Source: Escherichia phage EP75
Sequence record: MG748547
Length of the DNA stretch: 64,000 nt
Strand: one strand, 5' to 3'
Shown in pieces: positions 19,666 to 28,569 of this stretch (positions are counted from its first letter, which is position 1; each line of letters begins with the position of its first letter). Both the position numbers and the translations under genes were made by a program. The notes under the pieces are model-generated. The model did no database searches and was not told where the DNA came from. It was given only the letters and a program-made list of their open reading frames with translations.

Positions 19666-20079
19666 TCAATAGAGGTCTTCGGAAAAGAGTTCTTTGAAAG
19701 GAGTGTTCTTCAAACGGACCTGATTAGTTTGTCCGGCTTCACGAGCGACCACAGCAGCCTCTTCACGGGACATCCATTGCCCATAGTTATCAATAAACCC
19801 TTGTTCACGAGTGTGGGTGGTTTCGATAATACCTGCTTCCTTCAATCGTTTGAGTTGCGTGTTCATCAATTTGTCGTGATGTCGGGCGCTTACAACGATC
19901 ACATCACCATATTTGTTGGCAGCAGCCACAACACGCCGATCAAACTTGGTTGGGTCAGGTATATCACGAGTATACAAGGCGATGTGAGTGTCGTCCACGT
20001 CCCCTTTCACCTCAGAATATAACTGACACCCATTAGGAGATCCAGTAGGTAAAGAACGAAAATATCCAAGTAATTTCAT
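19666..20079 (-). CDS. hypothetical protein (137 aa)
   Basis: ORF in operon; no confident motif. Confidence 0.45.
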   Translation of the reverse strand: MKLLGYFRSLPTGSPNGCQLYSEVKGDVDDTHIALYTRDIPDPTKFDRRVVAAANKYGDVIVVSARHHDKLMNTQLKRLKEAGIIETTHTREQGFIDNYGQWMSREEAAVVAREAGQTNQVRLKNTPFKELFSEDLY

Positions 20080-20082
20080 AAT

Positions 20083-20442
20083 CTAATCTATCCATATTTC
20101 AGGTTCGGGGATATCAACCATCTCCACCGTTTGATTCTTTAATTCGTGGAAACAGTCACCAAGGAATTGTAATTTACCATCAGTCAAGAACAAATGACAA
20201 CGACTCGCCGGATCAGAATGATTCACCAACAGACTAGGAGTGAAAGTCGGTGATTCGAGATCGTGATTCCATTGCCATATTGGGCCAGGCGTTTGCCCTG
20301 AAATGCGATAAGGATGAAGCATATTACATCCAGGACAATGAAAATATATGGAACCACCCATTGATAATAATTTTGGAGTCAATAATTTTGACATATCACG
20401 CCTCCACTTCTTCATCAGGATTGTATGGGCGTAATTCTCCAA
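20083..20442 (-). CDS. hypothetical protein with CxxC motif (119 aa)
   Basis: 'CPGC' motif plus downstream Cys/His. Confidence 0.45.
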   Translation of the reverse strand: MENYAHTILMKKWRRDMSKLLTPKLLSMGGSIYFHCPGCNMLHPYRISGQTPGPIWQWNHDLESPTFTPSLLVNHSDPASRCHLFLTDGKLQFLGDCFHELKNQTVEMVDIPEPEIWID

Positions 20443-20707
20443 TTAACTTAGGGAAGAGGGCAAACCCGAACAGATTAAAAGAACGCATGGTCCCAACCAT
20501 ACCAACATCATCCAATTCGGTAACGTCAGAAAGGGCACACAACGGTATCCACACGTCTTCTTGTCCTTCGTAATTTACGAAGGCAACTTCCTCTTTAATA
20601 AAACGAGGGCATAAGATATCGAACAACCAATAGAAGAAAGTCAGCAATGAGAGACTGCGGAAATATACAAACATGGTGAACCCCTTGCTTGTTTGGAGGG
20701 AATTCAC
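20396..20707 (-). CDS. small membrane protein (about 100 aa)
   Basis: Hydrophobic N-terminus; 3' end overlaps next gene. Confidence 0.4.
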   Translation of the reverse strand: MNSLQTSKGFTMFVYFRSLSLLTFFYWLFDILCPRFIKEEVAFVNYEGQEDVWIPLCALSDVTELDDVGMVGTMRSFNLFGFALFPKLIGELRPYNPDEEVEA

Positions 20708-20716
20708 CCTCCGGAT

Positions 20717-22042
20717 TTATAGGCCCAATGCCTTTTCAAGATCATCTAAATCTTCAGTATAAAGATCGATGTCTTGCTTATTATTTAATTCTTCTCGTTG
20801 AACTTCTAAATTCTTTATCTGGTTCAACAAACGTTCACGTGCGTCTAACGTAATTGATGATAAAGACATCTTGAATAAATCATCGAGATCGCCATCAAAA
20901 TCAGGATAGTCTGTCTGGAATAACGCTTTCAGTTCCGTGAGGCTCCGGCGCATATCTGTAACGACAGCCCACCCAATGAATATGGCACGATTGTTCAAAC
21001 GGTGTATTTTGTCGGTCAATTCCTTGATAAGATACTGACGTCTATCTTCATAGCGACTCAGGCGATAATTGAAAAATGGAAGCAACATGTCTTTCCAACC
21101 ATCATAACGGTGAATAACACCATCTTCATCCCAAGCTGTCCACACGGGCTTATTAGCTGAGTAGAGACGGAACATCTGTTCAACCTGTTCGTCATTCAAC
21201 TTAGACAATTCACCCCGCTTGAATACAACAGTGATATCCCAACCATCTTCGGTCGTATCGTTGGCGTACTCAGTGAGGACACCCGCCTTGTACAGGGGCA
21301 ACAGCACTTTGGTCTCATAGGTTTTAGAGAACCAACCAATAGGAACCTCGGTGATGTTCAAAGTGGTTGCATTAACGCGGGTGAACAAACCACGGCTGTA
21401 TGCTCTTCCTTCCTCAGTATAGCCCGTTTCTCCTTTGAAACCATTCCAGTACGGTTTTAAGTCTTTCGGGTCTTCGCCACGGAGAAGCGCTCTCAGGGCA
21501 CTGAGCACGGACTTAACGGAATGGCATGGGGTGTCGGTGGCATAACCGGAGCCGATACCATTGATACCATTCACGAGAAACATGGGCAGGATGGGTAAAA
21601 AGAATTTCGGCTCTAGTTTCTCTTCCCCAAGATAATTGTATTCCAATATCCCATCGTCCTCCTTTCGGAAGATTTTACGGATAACTTCAGACACTGCCAC
21701 TGAAATATAACGAGCGGAAGACGCTTCGCGCCCCATGATTGAACCAAACTGTCCGTCGCGGTCAAAGTATGGGATGTTATTCGTACCTGGGAACCCCTGA
21801 GCCATGTTCACAATAGTGCCGCTCATGTTCTCGCCACCAGATTTGTAGTTGGTGCGGGCGGCGGCGAACATGCCAAGGCGGTCAACGATCTCCTCCTTGT
21901 TGTACTCAAGAGCAGCAAAGAGGATCTTGCGCTGGCTGGGCTTGAGGCTGTCGATCAGTTGAGGGATTTGACGGATGCTGTTGACCACAGAGAACTCCTT
22001 GTGGTCACCATTTATGAAATCCGTCACGGTAATAGTCGTCAT
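20717..22042 (-). CDS. DNA topoisomerase II medium subunit (gp52-like, GyrA-like)
   Basis: 441 aa; 'KPSQRKIL' DNA-breakage segment characteristic of type II topoisomerase A subunit. Confidence 0.8.
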   Translation of the reverse strand: MTTITVTDFINGDHKEFSVVNSIRQIPQLIDSLKPSQRKILFAALEYNKEEIVDRLGMFAAARTNYKSGGENMSGTIVNMAQGFPGTNNIPYFDRDGQFGSIMGREASSARYISVAVSEVIRKIFRKEDDGILEYNYLGEEKLEPKFFLPILPMFLVNGINGIGSGYATDTPCHSVKSVLSALRALLRGEDPKDLKPYWNGFKGETGYTEEGRAYSRGLFTRVNATTLNITEVPIGWFSKTYETKVLLPLYKAGVLTEYANDTTEDGWDITVVFKRGELSKLNDEQVEQMFRLYSANKPVWTAWDEDGVIHRYDGWKDMLLPFFNYRLSRYEDRRQYLIKELTDKIHRLNNRAIFIGWAVVTDMRRSLTELKALFQTDYPDFDGDLDDLFKMSLSSITLDARERLLNQIKNLEVQREELNNKQDIDLYTEDLDDLEKALGL

Positions 22043-22488
22043 TTATCGTATCCCCCTAAATTAAATACGTCCACTTGGTAATCGACCAACCAAGATACCA
22101 GTTTAATCGCTTGTTCCGATTCATCTGATTCATCAAGAGTGTAATATGGTTTACCCGTCCCTTTAAGCGGGTCATACACCACCAATTTACCATCTCGAGT
22201 GTCCAACAATATCTGATGTAATATGCCAGGGGAAGTCAGGGAAGGGGCGACCAGGACATAAACATAATCGTGATAAATCGTTATATTTTGATTAGCCCCA
22301 CGCCCAGCTATAAATGGCACACCATTGAGATGCAGTGCGTCACCAATAGTCATCTCAAATGATTCGAATGAATCATGGAATTCGTCAATAACATTCTGTA
22401 CAGGGCGGTCGAGAATCATGGCCAAACACGCAGACATACAAGTGTTGCCTGTCGGTTGTTTTTGGTGTACTAATGGATTCAAAACCAT
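22039..22488 (-). CDS. papain-like cysteine peptidase, C39-like, putative
   Basis: 'QKQPTGNTCMSACLAMIL' (Q...C..A.LAM), 'HDYVYVLV' (His) and downstream 'DGKLVVYDP' (Asp) match the C39 catalytic arrangement; start set to ATG 22488 (GGAAGGGG ribosome-binding site). Confidence 0.5.
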   Translation of the reverse strand: MVLNPLVHQKQPTGNTCMSACLAMILDRPVQNVIDEFHDSFESFEMTIGDALHLNGVPFIAGRGANQNITIYHDYVYVLVAPSLTSPGILHQILLDTRDGKLVVYDPLKGTGKPYYTLDESDESEQAIKLVSWLVDYQVDVFNLGGYDK

Positions 22489-22489
22489 C

Positions 22490-24403
22490 TTATTCCCCTT
22501 CCGTTTCAAATAGGCAAACGTCGCTAAACCAGGTTTTGCGGTAGTCGGCGGCCTCATCACCGAAGCCATTCTTCAGTGACTGTTGATAGCCATCGTCCAG
22601 CGTGACCGTCGTAGTATACGCATCCAGGTTGTTTAGAATACGCTTGAAGTCTTCAGTGCTGTTACCGCCAAGACCTTTCAGATATTTATTCTTCGTGATC
22701 TTCTTGGCGTCAGGTGTCTTCAGGAACTCCTCATACTCGGTGTTGTTCATGAACTCATGCATCACCTTACCACACCACACGCGCATGTATGGAGTACGAA
22801 GGAGCTTCAGCCTACCCTGACGAACGTATTCAGGCCAGAACGTACAATACAGAGTTATTAACAACCCACGGATATGAATGCCGTCGTCATCCGCGTCTGT
22901 TGCCACGACGGTCTGTGGATAGCGACTGATATCAAGCGGCTGGCCTGGCACAGCACCGCCGTGAATGGTGCATAAATTCTTGAATTCTTCGTTCGCCATC
23001 ACCTTTGAGCGCGGGGCGTTCAGGCAGTTGATGAACTTACCACGAAGCGGGAACAAACCAATTTTCTTGGTATCACGAGCGTTCAGGATAGGGTTGGATG
23101 CGCTATCACCTTCTGTCAGTAGCAGCGAACACCCACTGCGGTCGCCTCTGGCGGTCGCCGGATAATACTTCTCAATCTCACGATAATCCCGTTTGCTGAT
23201 ATCCTTCTTCGCCTTTTCAAATTCGGCATCTTCTTGTTCATTGCGTAATGAAGCCAGTTCTTTACTCAGCCCTGCTGTCACGAACTCAAGCGCCTTGCGA
23301 ATCAGTTTATCGCTGGGCTTGTAGGACGTACCAAACTGGCTCACAGGAGTCGTCATGCGCTCCTTGGTCTGGCTGTCAAAGCGAGGGTTGTTGATGTCGG
23401 CGGCGATGAACAATGACATGTGGTTCTTGATCATCGCTGGCTTCAGTTCGGTCTTGAACTTCTTAACCAGCTGAGGGCGTATAGCCGCCACGATCTGGTC
23501 AGCAACATAATCAACGTGAGGTCCACCGATGTGCGTGGCGATTGAGTTCACGTATGATGCATGCATGAACGCACCAGATGAGGGAGTGATAGCAACAGAC
23601 CAATCATCCGTTTCATCAACAGCCGAGCCAGCGTAGAAGTAATCAACGAAATGACCAAATCGATCAATGCGGATTTGCTTGCCGTTGAGAACAACCTTCA
23701 GGCGCGGGTTGCATGCCGCCACTTCGAATGCACGACGGTAAATCATGAGCAGGTTGTTCTGGTCAAGCCCCTTAACACCCAGGCGCGCATAATCAGGGAT
23801 CCAGGCAATAGTGGTGCCGAACTCTTTCGGTGTATTGCCGATGACCGGATTGGACTTCTTGCTCATGTTGTCTTCAAACAGCTGAGTATAAGACTTCTTG
23901 CCGTCACTGGTAGCAACGCGGAACCACTTTGAGAACACGTTGACGAGCGAAGCCCCTTCACCGTTCTGGCCGCCGGACTTCTGGTTGTTGTACTCCTCGT
24001 CCTCATCGTTGAAGTTGCTGCCCGCATAGAGCGAGCCAAACAACATCTCAGGGAGCCACTCATTGGTGACGCCATGCTTGACCACAGGGATACCCCCGTT
24101 GTCAGAAACGATGATTTGACCGTTCATAGGGGAGACCGTGACGGTGATTTCCGTCAAGCCTTTACCCTCAGGGGTCTTGCTGTGGTCAACACAGTTGGTG
24201 ATGATTTCATCAAACTGTTTGATCAGCGCAGGGGAGTACTCAAAGTTGTCACGGAAGATGACTTTGTCTTTGGTTGGGTCATACACCCACACCGTCCCCA
24301 CAGACGAACGGATACTGCCCAGATGACGCTCTGGGCGAAGTAGGATATGCTCTATGTGAGTGAGCTTTTTGTATTTGCGTTCAATATCAATTTTGTTGGA
24401 CAT
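22490..24403 (-). CDS. DNA topoisomerase II large subunit (gp39+gp60 equivalent, fused)
   Basis: 637 aa; GHKL ATPase N-terminus and TOPRIM 'LLLTEGDSAS' in one uninterrupted ORF. Confidence 0.85.
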   Translation of the reverse strand: MSNKIDIERKYKKLTHIEHILLRPERHLGSIRSSVGTVWVYDPTKDKVIFRDNFEYSPALIKQFDEIITNCVDHSKTPEGKGLTEITVTVSPMNGQIIVSDNGGIPVVKHGVTNEWLPEMLFGSLYAGSNFNDEDEEYNNQKSGGQNGEGASLVNVFSKWFRVATSDGKKSYTQLFEDNMSKKSNPVIGNTPKEFGTTIAWIPDYARLGVKGLDQNNLLMIYRRAFEVAACNPRLKVVLNGKQIRIDRFGHFVDYFYAGSAVDETDDWSVAITPSSGAFMHASYVNSIATHIGGPHVDYVADQIVAAIRPQLVKKFKTELKPAMIKNHMSLFIAADINNPRFDSQTKERMTTPVSQFGTSYKPSDKLIRKALEFVTAGLSKELASLRNEQEDAEFEKAKKDISKRDYREIEKYYPATARGDRSGCSLLLTEGDSASNPILNARDTKKIGLFPLRGKFINCLNAPRSKVMANEEFKNLCTIHGGAVPGQPLDISRYPQTVVATDADDDGIHIRGLLITLYCTFWPEYVRQGRLKLLRTPYMRVWCGKVMHEFMNNTEYEEFLKTPDAKKITKNKYLKGLGGNSTEDFKRILNNLDAYTTTVTLDDGYQQSLKNGFGDEAADYRKTWFSDVCLFETEGE

Positions 24404-24452
24404 CGGCCTATCCCGTCAATGGTAAACACACAAGATTATGTATGGGGTTGGC

Positions 24453-25031
24453 TTATAGACCAAATTTAGTGCGCCATTTTTCCACTTTGTGTTCTATGGC
24501 ATGTTCCACTTTAACGATCGTGTTGATATGGTTTTGATTATATCCACACGCCAATTTGGCAGTATTGCGTATCAGATTTGAAACCAGGTCCACCATATTA
24601 TCTTCTGAACGTTGAGGTTGGTTCAGTAAACGAGTGATGCGGCCTTTGTAATGATTAACCATCGCAAGATATTTGTCTATAGTTTCAACACCACTGCAGA
24701 ACCAATAATCCTCCAACGTATGTTGGCTGAGATCAGTTGTGTGATTGGCCGTAGCCAAAGCAAACACCATGGAGTCAAAGATTTCTTCTTTGGTCATAGA
24801 CCCATGTTGTTGAACTTGTTGATAATCCACAACATATAATAGATCCAGAGCCGAGATGATAACGTCCGCCACTTCACCGTTCAGGGGTTCGGATGCAGCG
24901 ATTCCATAAAGCACATCTGATAGTTCACAAGACTCTTCCACGAGTTTGCAATATACAAACACAGGAGAACGATTAGGATCGCGCTGGCTGAGTTCATATG
25001 ATGTGTTGAAGATAGTTTTTAGAAAATTCAT
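24453..25031 (-). CDS. MazG-like nucleoside triphosphate pyrophosphohydrolase, putative
   Basis: 'KLVEESCELSDVLYG...EVADVIISALDLL' resembles MazG/HisE EExxE...D helix motifs. Confidence 0.45.
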   Translation of the reverse strand: MNFLKTIFNTSYELSQRDPNRSPVFVYCKLVEESCELSDVLYGIAASEPLNGEVADVIISALDLLYVVDYQQVQQHGSMTKEEIFDSMVFALATANHTTDLSQHTLEDYWFCSGVETIDKYLAMVNHYKGRITRLLNQPQRSEDNMVDLVSNLIRNTAKLACGYNQNHINTIVKVEHAIEHKVEKWRTKFGL

Positions 25032-25528
25032 TTCAAATATCCTTCTAGACGGAAGCGGTTAATATGCTGTATGATAAAATCCATAGAGTTTTGAAAACTG
25101 TATTTCCCCTGATGCTCATATGCATGAATAAGGGGAAGACGGCTGTGGGCCAATTGGAATCTCAACTTGGATGGCATTGTCAGCAATTTTTGACTCGTCG
25201 CTGCGATAATGTCTCGTTTAAATTTGGGATCATCAGGGGACAATACAACGATGCGTGACTTGGCCAGGGTTTGTCCAAATTGCTTGGCGTCGTTCCCGTA
25301 AAGACTACGCAAGTCGTCGTGGCGATATTTTAGCCAATACCAGTAGCCTTCTATTGAGTTGAAATTACCATCAACAGTATCCATGGGATGGTATGCAAAA
25401 TGGGAAAGGAATCTGCCTAGTTCTGTGCGACTTCGACTGTATATGTTGTAATGGGTCTTACCTTCACTATCCGGCGTCATACGTTCTTTTGGAACATTGA
25501 GTAATGGGAGCATGATATAGGGTCTCAA
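25028..25528 (-). CDS. NADAR (YbiA-like) domain protein, putative; exact start uncertain
   Basis: 'FLSHFAYHP...DGNFNSIEGYWYWLKY' resembles YbiA 'FSNFA...DGKTWPTSEHYFQAQKF' as recalled. Confidence 0.45.
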   Translation of the reverse strand: MRPYIMLPLLNVPKERMTPDSEGKTHYNIYSRSRTELGRFLSHFAYHPMDTVDGNFNSIEGYWYWLKYRHDDLRSLYGNDAKQFGQTLAKSRIVVLSPDDPKFKRDIIAATSQKLLTMPSKLRFQLAHSRLPLIHAYEHQGKYSFQNSMDFIIQHINRFRLEGYLK

Positions 25529-25794
25529 ATCAAAATTGCTGTGTGTGTGTGTTAAATCAGATCTTTTTGTACGCTTTCAAAGCACTAATAACCGAGACGC
25601 CGCCAAATAGAACTAACAATATGAATCGTTCCATCCTGAAATCAGGAAGGGAAAGCAGTCCCACAAGGCTGTCTAAAGCAATCATGAACGTTACTCCAGT
25701 CAGCATGCCCAACTTAAAGGAGTTGGAACCTCTTTTGCAACGTAGCATAAATCACCTCCGATTCAAATGGGGAGTTCTCTCCCCACACAGATAT

Positions 25795-26304
25795 CTAGCC
25801 CAGAAACACTACTAAAGTCAAATTTGTGAGACTGGTCCGAGCATCCTGCAACATTTCACGGGCAGCGGCTAAACGTTTTACATCATGTAGAGTGTCAGAG
25901 AACACGATTATGTTAGCCTTATCGATCCTGGTCCCCATGAAATGGGTGATTGTCGTCGTGCTCTCTTTCTTGTCGACATCAGGGATAAGTAATTCTTCGC
26001 CCGTCTGAGGGTTGCGGGAAGGATAGAAGAATGCATCACGTTCACGAGAAGTATGGAAGACGCCAAACACATATGCATCGTTTTCGACCTGAAACTTTTT
26101 AGAAAGTAGTTTCTTCAGAGCGGCTGTATGTCCGGTCTGGCGGAGCATTCTGTAGTAGAGCATGTTGCCGGAGCAAATAGGGTCTATCACTCCCCTAATT
26201 TGACGTTCCTTTTGTATCTCATACGCATCTGCCACAAGCTGCTGGATCATATCGACATGGGCATTCATGGAGATTTCTATTTTACGTTTGATCATAGATT
26301 GCAT
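25795..26304 (-). CDS. hypothetical protein (169 aa)
   Basis: ORF in operon. Confidence 0.5.
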   Translation of the reverse strand: MQSMIKRKIEISMNAHVDMIQQLVADAYEIQKERQIRGVIDPICSGNMLYYRMLRQTGHTAALKKLLSKKFQVENDAYVFGVFHTSRERDAFFYPSRNPQTGEELLIPDVDKKESTTTITHFMGTRIDKANIIVFSDTLHDVKRLAAAREMLQDARTSLTNLTLVVFLG

Positions 26305-26370
26305 TTGGTATATCCTCAGTTAGGTTCCGCTCATGGGGAACGGGTCCATTATACACCCAATGCTGGAAAT

Positions 26371-26393
26371 GAAAAAGAGGCCGAAGCCTCTTT
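26371..26393 (-). terminator. intrinsic terminator
   Basis: GAGGC-CGAA-GCCTC hairpin with T-run on minus strand. Confidence 0.55.
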
Positions 26394-26613
26394 AATCGTC
26401 GTATTGGCCTGTCCTGAAATTCCATTTTCGCGCCTTGGATAAATCCAAATCTTTGAAAATGCTGCCAAAGATCTTTTTAAAATCAGACTCTTCTTCAAGA
26501 TCTTTTGGTTTTTTGACAGGCTCCTTAACCATACCGCCTTCGGGTTTCCCCACATCGGCGGTCGTGGTTGCCGGAGCAGAAGAGTCTTCAAGGAAATCCT
26601 GGAAGCTCTTCAT
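26392..26613 (-). CDS. hypothetical Lys/Glu-rich protein (73 aa)
   Basis: ORF in operon. Confidence 0.4.
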   Translation of the reverse strand: MKSFQDFLEDSSAPATTTADVGKPEGGMVKEPVKKPKDLEEESDFKKIFGSIFKDLDLSKARKWNFRTGQYDD

Positions 26614-26616
26614 AAA

Positions 26617-27426
26617 TTACACCACAGCCATTTCACAACGAGTAGACGTGACAGAATGGCCATCTGCATCAGAAACAACACACCAATATTCGCCTTCATT
26701 TGCGGCTTCAACTGCTGTGATAACCAGGTTAGCAGTGGCGGCGGTGGCATTAGTGCCAGCATCGATAACTGACCCCGCACCCCCAGGAGTATCAGAGAAA
26801 TGCCACACATAAGTGTATGGAGTTGTACCGCCCGCAGCAACAACACTAAAGGTTCCGTCTTGTCCAGAAGTCACGTCTTTGGTGGCAGGTAAATCAGTCG
26901 ACAGCGATAGAGCGCCTGCAACTGTAATAACCGTAGAATCTGTGTGATTCCCTTCAACCGTGACACCATAAACCGTTACAGTTCCTGAAGCCAGCAATTT
27001 GAATTTACCACCACCGACATGTACAGCTTTCGTAATATCACCAGAATACCAATTAACGCCTTGATATGTGGCATTGGCAGGGGATACCGTCGCTAGCAAT
27101 TCAACAAATTGTCCGACCTCTCCGCTGGCTGTAGCTGGAGTAATCACAAGTCCGGTGGTTAAAATGGCATTCGGATCGTGGATTTCATAAGATACTTGAA
27201 AGCCGATAGGCTTGGTGGGATCCACTTTGGTGACACCGTCCGCTTGTAAATTGCTCTTGGTGAGCAGAGCGTCAAGACCTTTACATTCGGTCAGGATCTC
27301 ATCAGGATCTTGGTTGAGGCTGGTCTTTTGCCAACCCTTTGCAACACCCGTCACGACATGATTGCGTTCGGTTTCGGGTTTGTTGCGGACAACTTCCGGT
27401 GCGACTAATACTGTGATTGTTGGCAT
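26617..27426 (-). CDS. Ig-like domain protein (two Big_2-like domains)
   Basis: Start at ATG 27426 (GGAGGAAA ribosome-binding site); Thr/Val/Gly-rich beta-strand repeats, 'YGVTVEGNHTD', 'EGEYWCVVSD'. Confidence 0.5.
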   Translation of the reverse strand: MPTITVLVAPEVVRNKPETERNHVVTGVAKGWQKTSLNQDPDEILTECKGLDALLTKSNLQADGVTKVDPTKPIGFQVSYEIHDPNAILTTGLVITPATASGEVGQFVELLATVSPANATYQGVNWYSGDITKAVHVGGGKFKLLASGTVTVYGVTVEGNHTDSTVITVAGALSLSTDLPATKDVTSGQDGTFSVVAAGGTTPYTYVWHFSDTPGGAGSVIDAGTNATAATANLVITAVEAANEGEYWCVVSDADGHSVTSTRCEMAVV

Positions 27427-27797
27427 GGTTTCCTCCACTCATCCAAATCGTTGTTCAGAGCCATCATCAGCTCATTATCTGGTTCGTATGAACCGGAACA
27501 TAAATCATCTCGCCAAACTCCTAACGTCAACAGCGCTGCTTTAAGACGAGGATGTTGGTTCTTATCCGTTTTCAACACCAACATTCGGCACACGGCTTCG
27601 GTTTCAAAGGTATTGAAAAGAATAATCAATTGGTTGATAAGTACGCGAGGACTTTTCCCTGGCACAAATCTTTTCAATGATTGATTAATTAGCGAAATTC
27701 GCTGAATGTCTACCATCAAATCATCTCTTGAGACACCAGGGGTGATATAATGTCTTAGAGCGTACTCCATCAAATTGCTTTCGTCAACGATAGCCAT
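27405..27797 (-). CDS. hypothetical protein (130 aa)
   Basis: ORF in operon. Confidence 0.45.
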   Translation of the reverse strand: MAIVDESNLMEYALRHYITPGVSRDDLMVDIQRISLINQSLKRFVPGKSPRVLINQLIILFNTFETEAVCRMLVLKTDKNQHPRLKAALLTLGVWRDDLCSGSYEPDNELMMALNNDLDEWRKPCQQSQY

Positions 27798-27829
27798 ATT
27801 GAATTATAATCAGCAGTTATACACTGGGA

Positions 27830-28243
27830 TTATTTAATCTGCAGTTTTTCAGTCAATTGCGAGATTATTTCATTACGGTCAGTCGCGTCGATACCCAGGG
27901 GTTCCGCAAGTGTCTTAAGATCATTGATATCAAGCAAAAGAAGAACTTCAACTGTAATATCGGTTGATACCACAGTACCTGGTTTCATAGGTTTACCGAA
28001 TTTATCTAACCCATAACGGCGCAAAGTTCCGGCAAGTCCGGTGAGTTCCTCTAGAAGCTCCTTAGAGCCGTCTTTATATTCACACACCCAACCGTAGTCA
28101 CCAGCGTAGACAATACCGCCGTCGCCGCCCTGAGGCACGTTATCCACCACGCGTTGCAGATAACTGGGAAGTTTATTTTCTTCCTGTGCAGTGATTTCTT
28201 GAATGGTTTGAGTGTTTTCAATTTTCTTTTGTGTCTTCGCCAT
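27830..28243 (-). CDS. hypothetical protein (about 138 aa)
   Basis: Start re-assigned to ATG 28243 (AGGAGA ribosome-binding site). Confidence 0.45.
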   Translation of the reverse strand: MAKTQKKIENTQTIQEITAQEENKLPSYLQRVVDNVPQGGDGGIVYAGDYGWVCEYKDGSKELLEELTGLAGTLRRYGLDKFGKPMKPGTVVSTDITVEVLLLLDINDLKTLAEPLGIDATDRNEIISQLTEKLQIK

Positions 28244-28517
28244 GATCAGTTCTCCTATAGACTGTAATATATTTACCACAACAATTGCAGCAATAAACAT
28301 GCATGGAATATCCGTCGTCGTTAAAGTCACAGCCGCCACAACGACAAAATAATTTCACGAACTGGTCGCCTATGACTTCTCTCGGAGGAAAATTCCTGAA
28401 CGAGTATTCCTTGAGTTCTCCATCAAATTGGAATGAATCAACAAGGAATTTTGTTTTCCGGCGTAATGAACCAAATGCTTGTTGTTCATACACGAAGTAA
28501 ACATCTCTAGTTTCCAT
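28218..28517 (-). CDS. Cys-rich putative zinc-binding protein (99 aa)
   Basis: ATG 28517 with GAGGTG ribosome-binding site; 'CRCGGCD...CCNCCGKY' cluster. Confidence 0.45.
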   Translation of the reverse strand: METRDVYFVYEQQAFGSLRRKTKFLVDSFQFDGELKEYSFRNFPPREVIGDQFVKLFCRCGGCDFNDDGYSMHVYCCNCCGKYITVYRRTDHGEDTKEN

Positions 28518-28530
28518 ATTCACCTCAAAG

Positions 28531-28556
28531 AAAAGGAGGCCGAAGCCTCCCTTTTA
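28531..28556 (-). terminator. intrinsic terminator, likely bidirectional
   Basis: GGAGGC-CGAA-GCCTCC hairpin with T-runs on both strands, just downstream of rIIB-like gene. Confidence 0.6.
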
Positions 28557-28569
28557 TATCCATTTACAC

